Shown: positions 10,255 to 19,367, numbered from the whole stretch's first letter. The stretch: DNA of 59,748 nt, filler included, from Candidatus Desantisbacteria bacterium CG1_02_49_89 (GCA_001871075.1; 4 parts of 4 records of this genome joined end to end with filler, not necessarily neighbours in it), one strand, 5' to 3'. Notes: a model not told the origin generated them from the letters alone. A program made the numbers and translations.

Positions 10255-10512
10255 AGATCCTAGATCCTGGATGCTAGATCCTGGATCGAGGATTTATTTA
10301 AATAAATTCCTTCATCCAGGATCCAGTATCTAGTGTGGTGTCTCTAACAGATCTTTACATTTGGGCTGTCATTGCGAGGAGTGTTAACGACGAAGCAATC
10401 TCGACCTAAAAATCGAGATTGCCACGCTCCCTTTGGTCGCTCGCAATGACAACTCAAAGCAGAATCAAATGTCAAGGGATTTATGTAACACCACACTAGG
10501 ATCCAGCATCCC
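10255..10512. repeat. GATCCTG/ATCCAGG heptamer hairpin element interrupted by a MITE
   Basis: Left arm GATCCTAGATCCTGGATGCTAGATCCTGG, core AGGATTTATTTAAATAAATTCCTT, right arm ATCCAGGATCCAGTATCTAG[MITE]GATCCAGCATCC. Confidence 0.85.
10330..10499. mobile_element. 170-bp MITE bounded by CTAG with terminal inverted repeats and an internal REP-like palindrome
   Basis: CTAGTGTGGTGT...ACACCACACTAG; near-identical second copy at 50763-50929. Confidence 0.85.
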
Positions 10513-10520
10513 ATTAAGAA

Positions 10521-10850
10521 ATGCTTAAAAACATACTGCTGCTGGTTGTGTTCTGGGCGATGCAGGTCATTGCGGGTTATTTTTTCAAGCTGGGAGGCAC
10601 GGCACCCGGAAGGTGGGTCCCCTGTTTCCTTGCCGGCAACGCGTTCGGCCTGACCAGCACCTGGCTGCTGATGCTTCTTTACAAATCAATGAACATAAAT
10701 GTTGCGCTGGGCCTGTGCACGGGAGTGGCGTTCATGTTGAGCCAGATCACGCTGGGCGTGATATTCCACTCGGTCCTTTCGCCGATGCAGATCGCGGGCG
10801 CAATAGCGACGATCGCCGGGGTATTCCTGCTTTCTTTCGGGGCAAAATAA
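10521..10850 (+). CDS. small 4-TM DMT/SMR-like membrane protein
   Basis: 109 aa, four hydrophobic segments, SMR-like size. Confidence 0.65.
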   Translation: MLKNILLLVVFWAMQVIAGYFFKLGGTAPGRWVPCFLAGNAFGLTSTWLLMLLYKSMNINVALGLCTGVAFMLSQITLGVIFHSVLSPMQIAGAIATIAGVFLLSFGAK

Positions 10851-10852
10851 AT

Positions 10853-11590
10853 ATGATTACACCGATTTTCAAAAGAGATTACACAGATAAGAAGATAAGG
10901 CCGCTGCGCATAGGGCACAGGGGTGCGTGCGGGCTTGCGCCGGAAAACACTCTCGCGAGTTTCAGGAAGGCGCTTGAGATCGGGGTGGACGGGGTTGAGT
11001 TTGACGCGCACGCCACGAAGGACGGGGAGCTTGTGCTCATGCACGACGATAAAGTGGACCGGACCACGGAAGGCACGGGTTTTATCAGGGACCTGACCTT
11101 TGAGGAGATCAGGAAACTGGACGCCGGAATGAAATTCAAGGAAAAATTCAGGGGAGAGCGGGTGCCGGCGATGAAAGAGGCGCTGCAGCTGCTGGCGGGA
11201 AAAACGATATTCATAGAAATAAAACAGGAAGGTATCGAGGAAAAAGTGCACGAAGCCCTGAAGGCGGCGGGAATGCGGGACAACGTTTACGTGATCTCTT
11301 TTAACAGGGCTTCTGTCCGCATAAGCAAGGAGATAAATAAGAAAATAAAAACGGGGCTTATAACCGAAAAACCGGAAGACCTTCAATACGCGCTGGATCT
11401 GAGGGCGGATATATTCTGCCTTAACCACGCTGAGGCGGACAGGGAGATCGCGGACGCGGTCCATAAGAACAAGATGCTTCTGAACGTGTGGACCATGAAC
11501 GATCCTCAGGAAATAAGGCAGATGATCGAAATAGGCGCTGACATGCTGACATCGGATTTCCCGGATATGCTCAATAGGATGCTTGAATGA
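10853..11590 (+). CDS. glycerophosphodiester phosphodiesterase (GDPD)
   Basis: IGHRGACGLAPENTLASF, VEFD, HD, WTMND and TSDFP motifs; start placed at ATG 10853, just after the upstream stop. Confidence 0.9.
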   Translation: MITPIFKRDYTDKKIRPLRIGHRGACGLAPENTLASFRKALEIGVDGVEFDAHATKDGELVLMHDDKVDRTTEGTGFIRDLTFEEIRKLDAGMKFKEKFRGERVPAMKEALQLLAGKTIFIEIKQEGIEEKVHEALKAAGMRDNVYVISFNRASVRISKEINKKIKTGLITEKPEDLQYALDLRADIFCLNHAEADREIADAVHKNKMLLNVWTMNDPQEIRQMIEIGADMLTSDFPDMLNRMLE

Positions 11591-11599
11591 TTGCTGTTG

Positions 11600-11680
11600 C
11601 CGTCGTACGTCGAGCGTCTTACGTCGTGCGTTAAGGTCTTTTAAACGTACGACTTACGACGTATGACGTACGACGAAACG
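11600..11680. repeat. CGTCGTA/TACGACG heptamer hairpin element
   Basis: About 4 degenerate CGTCGTA units, a short spacer, then about 4 TACGACG units. Confidence 0.85.
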
Positions 11681-11699
11681 CGATAAAAAAGGAGTTAAA

Positions 11700-12683
11700 T
11701 TGGACAAGGTGCGGATAGGGTTCATAGGGTGCGGGGGTATCTCAAACGGGCACATACAGAGGCTTACGCCGATCGAAGAGGCGGAGGTAACGGCCCTGGC
11801 TGACACAAATCCTGCCAATGCCGAAAAGCTCAAGCAGGGCTTTCCGAAACTCGCGGGCGCAAGGATCTTTTCGGATTACAGGGAAATGCTTGACAAGGCT
11901 GAGCTGGATGCCGTGGGTATTTTTTCGCCGCACACGGTGCATTTCCAGCAGGCTATGGATTCCCTTGGCAAAGGCCTGCACGTCCTGATGGAAAAGCCGA
12001 TGGTCTGCAAGGTGGAGCACGCGAAGAAGCTGATCGCGGAGGCAGAGAAAAAGAAAAAGGTAGTGCTTCTTTCCTATCAAAGACACTACATGCCCGCGTT
12101 CAGGTATATGAGGGAAGTGATCCAAAAGGGGGATCTGGGCGAGGTGCGTTTCTTGTCGGCGCTGCAGACCCAGCAGTGGTATAAAGGCTGCAAGGGAAGC
12201 TGGCGGCAGACCCAGGAACTGAGCGGCGGCGGGCAGCTCAACGATTCCGGCAGCCACCTTATTGACATAATATTCTGGATGACGGGGCTTCAGGCCGCGG
12301 AAATTTTCGGTTTCATAGACAACCTGGACACGCCGGTTGATATAAACTCCGCGATCACGGTGAAATACAGGAACGGGGCAGAAGGCACATACAGCGTTGT
12401 GGCAGAATCCCCTACCTGGTGGGAGGACATAACGATCTGGGGGACAAAAGGCATGTTCTTCTACAGGAACGGGGTGCTGTGGCACCAGAAAGGCGAGGCT
12501 AATAAAGCGCCGGAACAGCCGGTATTGCCCGCGCAGGTATCAGACCCGGACAGGAATTTTATAAATGTGATCCTGAAGAACGAGCAGAACGAATCCCCGG
12601 CTGCCGGGGGTTTGCGCGTTATTGAGCTGACAGAGGCTGCGTGGGAATCCGGCAGGACCGGCAAACCCGTCAAAGTCAAATAA
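11700..12683 (+). CDS. Gfo/Idh/MocA family oxidoreductase
   Basis: TTG start after AAGGAG; IGFIGCGGI, EKPM and GGGQLNDSGSHLID motifs. Confidence 0.9.
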   Translation: MDKVRIGFIGCGGISNGHIQRLTPIEEAEVTALADTNPANAEKLKQGFPKLAGARIFSDYREMLDKAELDAVGIFSPHTVHFQQAMDSLGKGLHVLMEKPMVCKVEHAKKLIAEAEKKKKVVLLSYQRHYMPAFRYMREVIQKGDLGEVRFLSALQTQQWYKGCKGSWRQTQELSGGGQLNDSGSHLIDIIFWMTGLQAAEIFGFIDNLDTPVDINSAITVKYRNGAEGTYSVVAESPTWWEDITIWGTKGMFFYRNGVLWHQKGEANKAPEQPVLPAQVSDPDRNFINVILKNEQNESPAAGGLRVIELTEAAWESGRTGKPVKVK

Positions 12684-12685
12684 TA

Positions 12686-12790
12686 ATTATGAATGATGAA
12701 TTATGAATTATGAGTCAAAAGCATAAGGATTTATATTAAAATTAATTCCTTGCAGTTGATTCATAACTCATAATTCATAACTCATAATTA
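12686..12790. repeat. TTATGAA/TCATAAT heptamer hairpin element with AAGGA...TTCCTT core
   Basis: Homologous to 37431-37534, 45401-45500 and 49155-49253. Confidence 0.9.
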
Positions 12791-12829
12791 ATCCGTGCCG
12801 TACCTATTAAATTTTTAGGAAAACCGACT

Positions 12830-14641
12830 ATGGACGATGGACTGAATAAAAAGAAGTCAACGGCTGCAGTATGGGCAGTGGCGGGGGCAGTAGCGCTTAC
12901 GCTGATACTGGGGTTTACATACCTTTACCAGATAAGGAACTACGCTGTGTACAGAAACCCCGTGCACGGAACCGATATGTTCACATACTATTCTTTTGCG
13001 TCTGATATCGTGCAGGGCAAAGGATTCCCCCCCGACACTAATTTTTCGCCGCTCTACCCTTTCGCGTTCCTGCCCCTGATATATTTTCTTTTCGGCATAA
13101 ACCCGTTCGCGGCCTACGCGGTCCAGGTGATCATGGGAGGGCTGTGCGTCCTGCTCACGTACCTTATAGCGAGAAAGATTTTCGGGGAAACAACCGCGCT
13201 GATCGCCGCGTACGCGCATTCTCTCTACGGGTTCTTCATTATATTTTACGGCGCGCTTCTCGCCGAGGTGCTGATAAATTTCACTTTCCTGCTCGCGCTG
13301 TGGATGTTCCTTAACGCCCTTGAGAAGCAGGATCTGCGATACTGCATATTATGCGGGCTGTTCTGGGGAACGGCTATCCTTGCGAAGCCGACGATGGCGG
13401 GATTCATTCCCTTCCTCCTGATACCGTGGTTCTTAAAGAAGGGCATGAGCCTGAAGTCAGCCGGGGGGATTGCCGCGATGGCGGTATGCGCGGCCGCCGT
13501 GATCGCGCCGGTGACCGTCAGGAACTACAGGATAACCGGGAGTTTCATTCCGGTTTCTTCCGGGGGCGGAACCGCGTTCATAATCGGCAACAGTCCCCAG
13601 GCGAGCGGCAGTTATATCTACACGCCCTTTGCGCGAAACGTTCCAAAAGAAGCAGAAGGGATGAGCGCCGGCCGCATGGACAGGTACCTGTTTGGAAAAA
13701 CCATTGAATCCATAGAAAAGGACCCGGCGGATTTCCTGCGGGTTATCGGCAGGAAGTTCCAATTTTTTTGGGGAAGACCCGAGATCCCGAACAATATCAA
13801 TTATTACTACCACACTTATAATTACAGCCGGAAGGTCCGCCCCCCCGTGCTTGATTTCCAGCTCCTGGTGCCCTGGGAGCTTCTTGTTGCCCTGGGCATA
13901 ACGGGTTTTATGCTTTCGCTGAAAAAATGGAGGGACGCTCTCACGCTGCAGCTGTTCGCGCTGGTTTACCCGGCGATAATAATAATGCTGCTGGTAATGG
14001 GCAGGTTCAGGCTGCCCCTGTTTCCCATACTTGCTATTTTTTCTGCTTACGCTTTGCAGAGCATTGTCAGGATGGCGGCAGACCGCAGGCACGCGGCTTT
14101 TGCGGGTTCTATCGCGGTTGTCGCCGCCCTGCTTTTTGTGGAATACGGTTACGCAAGGACTTTTTTGGCTCCAGCCGGCATTTACGAGAAAGAAAGCGGC
14201 TCTATCCTTATCAGGGATGAAAACATTCATGTGACGGGAGCCCAGTTCCTCGGGAGCGAATATGAAATAGCCAGGAAGGACATAGTCCTTAATTATGAAC
14301 CGGGGGAATTCAAAAAAATAGTCCCGGTTTTGTATTTTAAATTCGTGAACAGCACCGGTTATCTGAAAATCGCGGTCAACGGCAGGGAAACCGTCAAGAT
14401 ACCGGCAGGTATGGGCCCTTCGGGAAAATCGTTCTTTATGAACTGGGAAATCCGGGTTCCAACTTCAAGCTTTGTAAGGGGGACCAATACGATACTGATG
14501 CAGCCCTGCGAAGGAGCAAAGGTTTATTTTCCCTACGATTTCTCCTACAGGTACGGACGGTCAAGAATTTTTTACGCGTGGGAAAAATACGAGGAAAAAA
14601 TTCCGGGCGAGTATGTGGTCCGCCTGCGCCTGGAACAGTAA
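12830..14641 (+). CDS. GT-C fold (ArnT/PMT-like, GT39-type) membrane glycosyltransferase
   Basis: Multiple TM helices; D-x2-Y, SPLYP, LAE, ILAKP, VRNY, GNSP and RFRLPL motifs. Confidence 0.75.
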   Translation: MDDGLNKKKSTAAVWAVAGAVALTLILGFTYLYQIRNYAVYRNPVHGTDMFTYYSFASDIVQGKGFPPDTNFSPLYPFAFLPLIYFLFGINPFAAYAVQVIMGGLCVLLTYLIARKIFGETTALIAAYAHSLYGFFIIFYGALLAEVLINFTFLLALWMFLNALEKQDLRYCILCGLFWGTAILAKPTMAGFIPFLLIPWFLKKGMSLKSAGGIAAMAVCAAAVIAPVTVRNYRITGSFIPVSSGGGTAFIIGNSPQASGSYIYTPFARNVPKEAEGMSAGRMDRYLFGKTIESIEKDPADFLRVIGRKFQFFWGRPEIPNNINYYYHTYNYSRKVRPPVLDFQLLVPWELLVALGITGFMLSLKKWRDALTLQLFALVYPAIIIMLLVMGRFRLPLFPILAIFSAYALQSIVRMAADRRHAAFAGSIAVVAALLFVEYGYARTFLAPAGIYEKESGSILIRDENIHVTGAQFLGSEYEIARKDIVLNYEPGEFKKIVPVLYFKFVNSTGYLKIAVNGRETVKIPAGMGPSGKSFFMNWEIRVPTSSFVRGTNTILMQPCEGAKVYFPYDFSYRYGRSRIFYAWEKYEEKIPGEYVVRLRLEQ

Positions 14642-14644
14642 AAA

Positions 14645-14835
14645 ACGCACATAGCAAATGGCATATGGCACATAGCGTATCGCAAAGCATTTGATTAAAG
14701 GCTTAATAGATTAACGGTTTCTCGGATTTAAACAGTTTATACAGTTTACAGAGTCTATAAAGTTTACAAAGTAAAAAATTCGTGGGAATTAGTGTTAATT
14801 CGTGGTTAAAAAGATTTTTTGTGGATTCCGTGGTT
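14645..14835. repeat. intergenic mosaic of short tandem repeats
   Basis: GCATATG/GCACATA 7-mers, AGTTTACAG 9-mers, AATTCGTGG 10-mers ending TTCGTGGTT. Confidence 0.8.
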
Positions 14836-14850
14836 GCAAAAGGAGAGTGT

Positions 14851-16332
14851 ATGGCAAAGATAAAGCTGGGCAGGAGCGAATACAGGGACAAGGTTTACGC
14901 GTGCTGGATGGGAAAGAACATCGGCGGCACGCTTGGAGCGCCATTTGAATGCAGGAAATGGGTGAACTGCCTGGAGTATTACCACAAAACGCCTGACGAG
15001 GCGGCTGCGAACGATGACCTGGACCTGCAGCTTGTGTGGCTTAAAATGCTGGAAGACAAAGGCGTGGATCCGGCGCTGTCGGATTTCGCGGATTACTGGA
15101 AGAAATGCGCGTCCCCCTACCCGTGGAACGAATACGGGTTCTGCAACAGGAACCTTGCCCGCGGTTTAAGGCCGCCTGTTTCAGGGTGTTTTGAAAACCA
15201 CTACATAGACGAAATGGGTTCCCCCATACGCAGCGAGATATGGGCGTGCGCCGCGCCCGGAGACCCGCAGCTTGCGGCTTCGTTCGCGTGGAAGGATTCT
15301 TCGGTTGACCACGCCGGCGGGGAAGGAACTTATGGCGAGATGTTCTGGGCCGCGGTTGAAAGCGCCACGTTCGTGATAAATGACCCCAAAACCCTTATTC
15401 ATATCGGCCTGCAGATGATACCGATCCACTGCCGCATTTCAAGGGTGATAAGGGAGGCGGTATGGTGCCATGAGAACGGGATTTCCTGGGCAGAGGCAAG
15501 GCAGAGGATCCTGGAAGCTTTCGGCAGGGACTATAACCCCTGCAATGCCGTGCAGAACCACGGGTTCACTATACTGGGCTGGCTTTACGGGAAGGATTTC
15601 GGGGATAAGCTGTGCATCGCTGTGAACTGCGCGTATGACACGGACTGCACCGGGGCGACGCTGGGCTCGGTGCTGGGGATACTGGACGGCGTAAAAGGGA
15701 TCCCTGAAAAATGGACAAAGCCCATTGGCGAGAAAATAGTGCTGCACAAGTTCACGCAGGTCCCGGGAGCCCCCAAGACCATAAGCGAACTGACAGAAAG
15801 GACGGTAAAGATCGCGGAAAAATTCCTAAAAGCAAGATCAGAGGCCGCCGAATTCTCTCCGGGGAAGACCGTGAAACCGAAAGACCCGGTTTCCGTTCTA
15901 TGCTCTAACGAAATGGCAACCCAGGCTCTTATGCAGGACCCGATGTCCGCTGTGGAAAGAAGGGACGGCATTGACATATGGTTCCATTACGGCGGAGAAC
16001 CGGTTGTAAGGCCGGGGATCTCGAAGAACGTGGGCATGCATCTTGAAAAGGACGGAAAGCCGGTCGACGGCAGCATTTCTATCATAGTTCCGAGGAACTG
16101 GACCGTGAACAGGGCTTCTGACAATTTCGGGCAGAAAAGGTTCGCGCTCTTCGCTGACAAAGCCTCAGACCGCAACGAGATGAGAGTAAAGGTGAACACG
16201 GGCTCAAAGAAGATAGAAGCGTCGTTCATGATGCTGGGACCCGGCGAGGCAAAAGGATATCCCGTGAACGCGCAGGCAGGAAACTGCCCGAAGTGCGGGG
16301 GGTGGCCCGGCTCATGTTTGTGCGCTAAATAA
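14851..16332 (+). CDS. ADP-ribosylglycohydrolase-family protein (paralogue 1)
   Basis: AGGAG RBS; GKNIGGTLG, NDDLD, MGSPIRSE and DTDCTGAT motifs; Cys-rich C-terminus CPKC...CLC. Confidence 0.85.
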   Translation: MAKIKLGRSEYRDKVYACWMGKNIGGTLGAPFECRKWVNCLEYYHKTPDEAAANDDLDLQLVWLKMLEDKGVDPALSDFADYWKKCASPYPWNEYGFCNRNLARGLRPPVSGCFENHYIDEMGSPIRSEIWACAAPGDPQLAASFAWKDSSVDHAGGEGTYGEMFWAAVESATFVINDPKTLIHIGLQMIPIHCRISRVIREAVWCHENGISWAEARQRILEAFGRDYNPCNAVQNHGFTILGWLYGKDFGDKLCIAVNCAYDTDCTGATLGSVLGILDGVKGIPEKWTKPIGEKIVLHKFTQVPGAPKTISELTERTVKIAEKFLKARSEAAEFSPGKTVKPKDPVSVLCSNEMATQALMQDPMSAVERRDGIDIWFHYGGEPVVRPGISKNVGMHLEKDGKPVDGSISIIVPRNWTVNRASDNFGQKRFALFADKASDRNEMRVKVNTGSKKIEASFMMLGPGEAKGYPVNAQAGNCPKCGGWPGSCLCAK

Positions 16333-16337
16333 AAATA

Positions 16338-16481
16338 GTTAAAGGTTAAAAGTTGAAGGTTAAAAGTTAAAAATCCGTGGCTGAATATTTTTAAGTTCTC
16401 GTAAGTTCCATGTAAAAAGAAAGTATTTCTTTAATCGTTTTTAAATAATCACCGTAATCTCTTTTAAAATCACTGTAATCC
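16338..16481. repeat. intergenic mosaic (GTTAAAA 7-mers; AATCACCGTAATC units)
   Basis: Parts are reverse-complementary to 23842-23874 and 30438-30510. Confidence 0.75.
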
Positions 16482-16503
16482 AAAATAAAAAAAGGAGAAG
16501 AAA

Positions 16504-17973
16504 GTGGACAGAATCCGGTTGAGCAAAAATGAATATATGGATAAGGTGCTGGCGTGCTGGCTTGGGAAGAACATAGGCGGGACGCTTGGCACGCCAGTGG
16601 AGGGCATAAAATATACCCATGCCTTTACCTATTACGACTGGGACGTAACGCGCAGGTGGAAAAAGGACCCGTCCTGGACGCCGGGCGAGCCGCTTCAGAA
16701 CGATGACCTGGATTTCCAGCTCGTATGGGTGAAAATGCTCGAAGACAGGGGCATCCACGTAAAGTTCAGGGATTTTGCGGATTACTGGCTCAAACACCTT
16801 CATAAGCACTGGTACGCGGAATACAGTTTCTGCATCTACAATCTTCAAAGGGGTTTAATGCCCCCGGTTTCAGGCGCGTTCCAGAACTACTGGGTTGATG
16901 AAATGGGTTCCCCTATCAGGAGCGAGATATGGGCGTGCGTTGCTCCGGCTGATCCCCAGCTTGCAGCGTCCCTCGCATGGATGGATTCCTCCCTTGACCA
17001 TACAGGCGGGGAAGGAAGGTGGGGGGAAATGTTCTGGGCAGCGGCTGAAAGCGCCGCTTTTGTGACCAAGGACCCAATGACCCTTATAAAGATCGGGCTT
17101 TCCATGATACCGATCTCCTGCAGTATCGCGAGGAGCGTTAGAGAGGCGGTCTGGTGTTTTGAGAACAAGCTGGACTGGGGAGAGGCAAGAGAAAGGATCG
17201 CCACTATTTTCGGGCATGTCCAGCCGTGTAACGCGATCCCCAACCACGGGTTTGCCGTCATAGGCCTTCTCTACGGAAAAGATTACGGGGACATACTGTG
17301 CAAGGCGGTGAACTGCGGTTTTGACACGGACTGCACAGGCGCGACCTTAGGTTCGCTCCTGGGGATTATGGGCGGGACTGCCGGCATACCCGAGGAGTGG
17401 AAAAAACCTGTCGGTTACGCTATAACCCCGTGCGCCCAGACAATTATGGACGGGCTTCCCAAAACAATCACTGAGCTTACTGAGCGCACAGCGAAGATAG
17501 CGGAAAAGCTCCTGAAGGAAAGATCAGGCACTTCGGAATTCGGGGAAAAGGCCGTTTTGCCGGAAAACATCCTGTCGCTTTTATTCAGGAATGAAAAAAT
17601 AGGAAAGCTGCTTACGTTTGACAACAACTGCGCGGTGGAAAACATCGAAGACGCGGAGATTGCGCTGCATTACAACGGTGAGCCGGTGCTTTATCCGGGT
17701 ATAGAAAAGACACTGGATGTTTCCGTAAGAAAAGGCGGTTCAGCCGTTATGCCGGAAATAGAGATAAAGGCGCCTGCTGGATGGAGCGTCTCAAAGCCCG
17801 AAAAGGTGCAGGGCCTGGGCAGGTTCAGCGTTTCCGCGAAAACAGTCGAGAACAAGAACGCGCTGGAAATCACGGTCAAGGCTGAAGGCAAAACAGCGAA
17901 AGCAAGTTTTACGCTGCTGGGACCAGGCGCGGTTAAGTTGCTGCCCGCGGCGCAGTCAGCCCCGCAGTCCTGA
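16504..17973 (+). CDS. ADP-ribosylglycohydrolase-family protein (paralogue 2)
   Basis: GTG start after AAGGAG; same motifs as 14851-16332 and clearly similar along most of its length. Confidence 0.85.
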   Translation: MDRIRLSKNEYMDKVLACWLGKNIGGTLGTPVEGIKYTHAFTYYDWDVTRRWKKDPSWTPGEPLQNDDLDFQLVWVKMLEDRGIHVKFRDFADYWLKHLHKHWYAEYSFCIYNLQRGLMPPVSGAFQNYWVDEMGSPIRSEIWACVAPADPQLAASLAWMDSSLDHTGGEGRWGEMFWAAAESAAFVTKDPMTLIKIGLSMIPISCSIARSVREAVWCFENKLDWGEARERIATIFGHVQPCNAIPNHGFAVIGLLYGKDYGDILCKAVNCGFDTDCTGATLGSLLGIMGGTAGIPEEWKKPVGYAITPCAQTIMDGLPKTITELTERTAKIAEKLLKERSGTSEFGEKAVLPENILSLLFRNEKIGKLLTFDNNCAVENIEDAEIALHYNGEPVLYPGIEKTLDVSVRKGGSAVMPEIEIKAPAGWSVSKPEKVQGLGRFSVSAKTVENKNALEITVKAEGKTAKASFTLLGPGAVKLLPAAQSAPQS

Positions 17974-17976
17974 ACG

Positions 17977-18300
17977 AGTTAAAAGTTGAAAGTTGAAAGT
18001 AAAAACAAAAACGTGTCAACGCAAAAACAAGGTAGCCGCAGGCTTTAGCCTGCGTTGTAGCGGTGCGACGTTTCGTCGCACATGTAACTCAGGGCTTCTC
18101 GAAGACCCGCCGATCCTTAAGGTGGGAGCCCTGATAAAAATTTCCATGAAAGCACTCCGCCCGTCTTTCAGCGGGCGAGACTTCGCCCACCTGAAAGGAT
18201 GGGCGAGGAAAGCACGAAAGACCGCTTTTAACCACGGATTAACACGGATTTACACAGATTAATCTTCTACTTGACTCTTGACACTTGATACTTGACACTG
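17977..18300. repeat. stack of GTAG-REP hairpins, a GC mini-hairpin insertion and tandem-repeat arms
   Basis: GTAGCCGCAGGCTTTAGCCTGCG (18032-18054), GTAGCGGTGCGACGTTTCGTCGCAC (18057-18081), GTAACTCAGGGCT...AGCCCTGA (18084-18134), GC double hairpin 18156-18207, ACACGGATT and CTTGACA arrays. Confidence 0.85.
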
Positions 18301-18316
18301 AATTTAAGGGGGCGAA

Positions 18317-19363
18317 ATGAAAATACTGTCTGGGATGGACGGGCTGCCGGCCCTGCGGGATTACAGGTCTTTCCGCGTCTCAAGCTATGACCGCACCGGC
18401 GCGAACGCGGATTTCGTCCTGATAAAGCCCGGTGAGAAAAAGACGACGGCGGAAATAAAGGGCGCCGGAAGCGTCAGGCACATATGGTTCGGCGGCGCGG
18501 CGCAAGAAGAAGGATGGGTCAGGAAAACGATACTGCGCGTATTCTGGGACGGGGAAAAGGATCCCAGCGTGGAATGCCCTTTCGGGGATTTCTTCGGAGT
18601 GGGCCACGGGATGTCAGGCAATTACTGGTCCCTGCCCCTCAGCATGAGGGTGGCGGACTGGCAGAACGGCCCGGCAATGAACTGCTAGTTCCCGATGCCT
18701 TTCGCTGAATCCGCGAGGTTTGAGGTTGAGAACGGGTCAGGCGCGGATTTTAATCACTATTTCTATATTGATTTTCAAAAATACAAGAAACTGCCGGCTG
18801 GGCTTGGAAGGTTCCACGCGCAATGGAAAAGGGAAAACCCCTGCAAGGCGGTGCCTTTCAAGGAAGGCGAACCCAGGACAAACCTTACAGGTAAAGAGAA
18901 TTACGTTATACTTGACGCCGAGGGAAAAGGCCATTACGTGGGGTGCAACGTGAGCGTGCACCAGCTCGCTCCCGGATGGTACGGCGAGGGAGATGACATG
19001 ATCTTCATTGACGGGGAAAAATGACCCCCTTCTTTGCACGGCACAGGCACAGAGGATTATTTCTGTTCTTCTTACGAGTTCCCGGTGGACGGGTGGTCCA
19101 CTCCCTATCACGGGGTTTCTCTTGCCGGAAGCCCGAAGCTTCGGGACTGGGATAACATGGAAGGCAAGACCAACAAGTGGACGGTTTACAAGTTCCACAT
19201 AGAGGACCCCATCCCCTTCAAGAAGTCAATAAAGGTGACCATTGAGCACGGCCATGCCAACGACCGCTCTGATGACTGGGCAAGCGTCGCGTACTGGTAC
19301 CAGGCAGAGCCGCATAAGGTTTTTCCGCGGTTTCCGGGCGTGAACGAAAGAATGCCCCGCTAA
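18317..19363 (+). pseudogene. DUF2961 (GH172-like) protein interrupted by two in-frame stops
   Basis: Three ORFs in one frame; SSYDRTGANAD, PSVECPFGDFFG, NC*FPMPF, GEGDD, DGEK*PPSLHGTGTEDYF and IEHGHAN; TAG at 18686-18688 and TGA at 19022-19024. Confidence 0.85.
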
Positions 19364-19367
19364 AAAA

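Noticed and set aside
10613-10852. N-terminal extensions in the ORF track (10613, 14782, 23913, 29477, 53316, 55341, 4304)
   Set aside because: They overlap upstream genes or repeat arrays; downstream starts have better RBS and match family N-termini
17993-18262. 89-aa + strand ORF in the intergenic region
   Set aside because: Composed entirely of REP hairpins and tandem repeats; no RBS or protein motif
18686-19024. Pyrrolysine, selenocysteine or genome-wide stop reassignment explaining the DUF2961 stops
   Set aside because: The positions correspond to aromatic residues, no pyl or sel genes are in view, and TAG and TGA terminate many normal genes here
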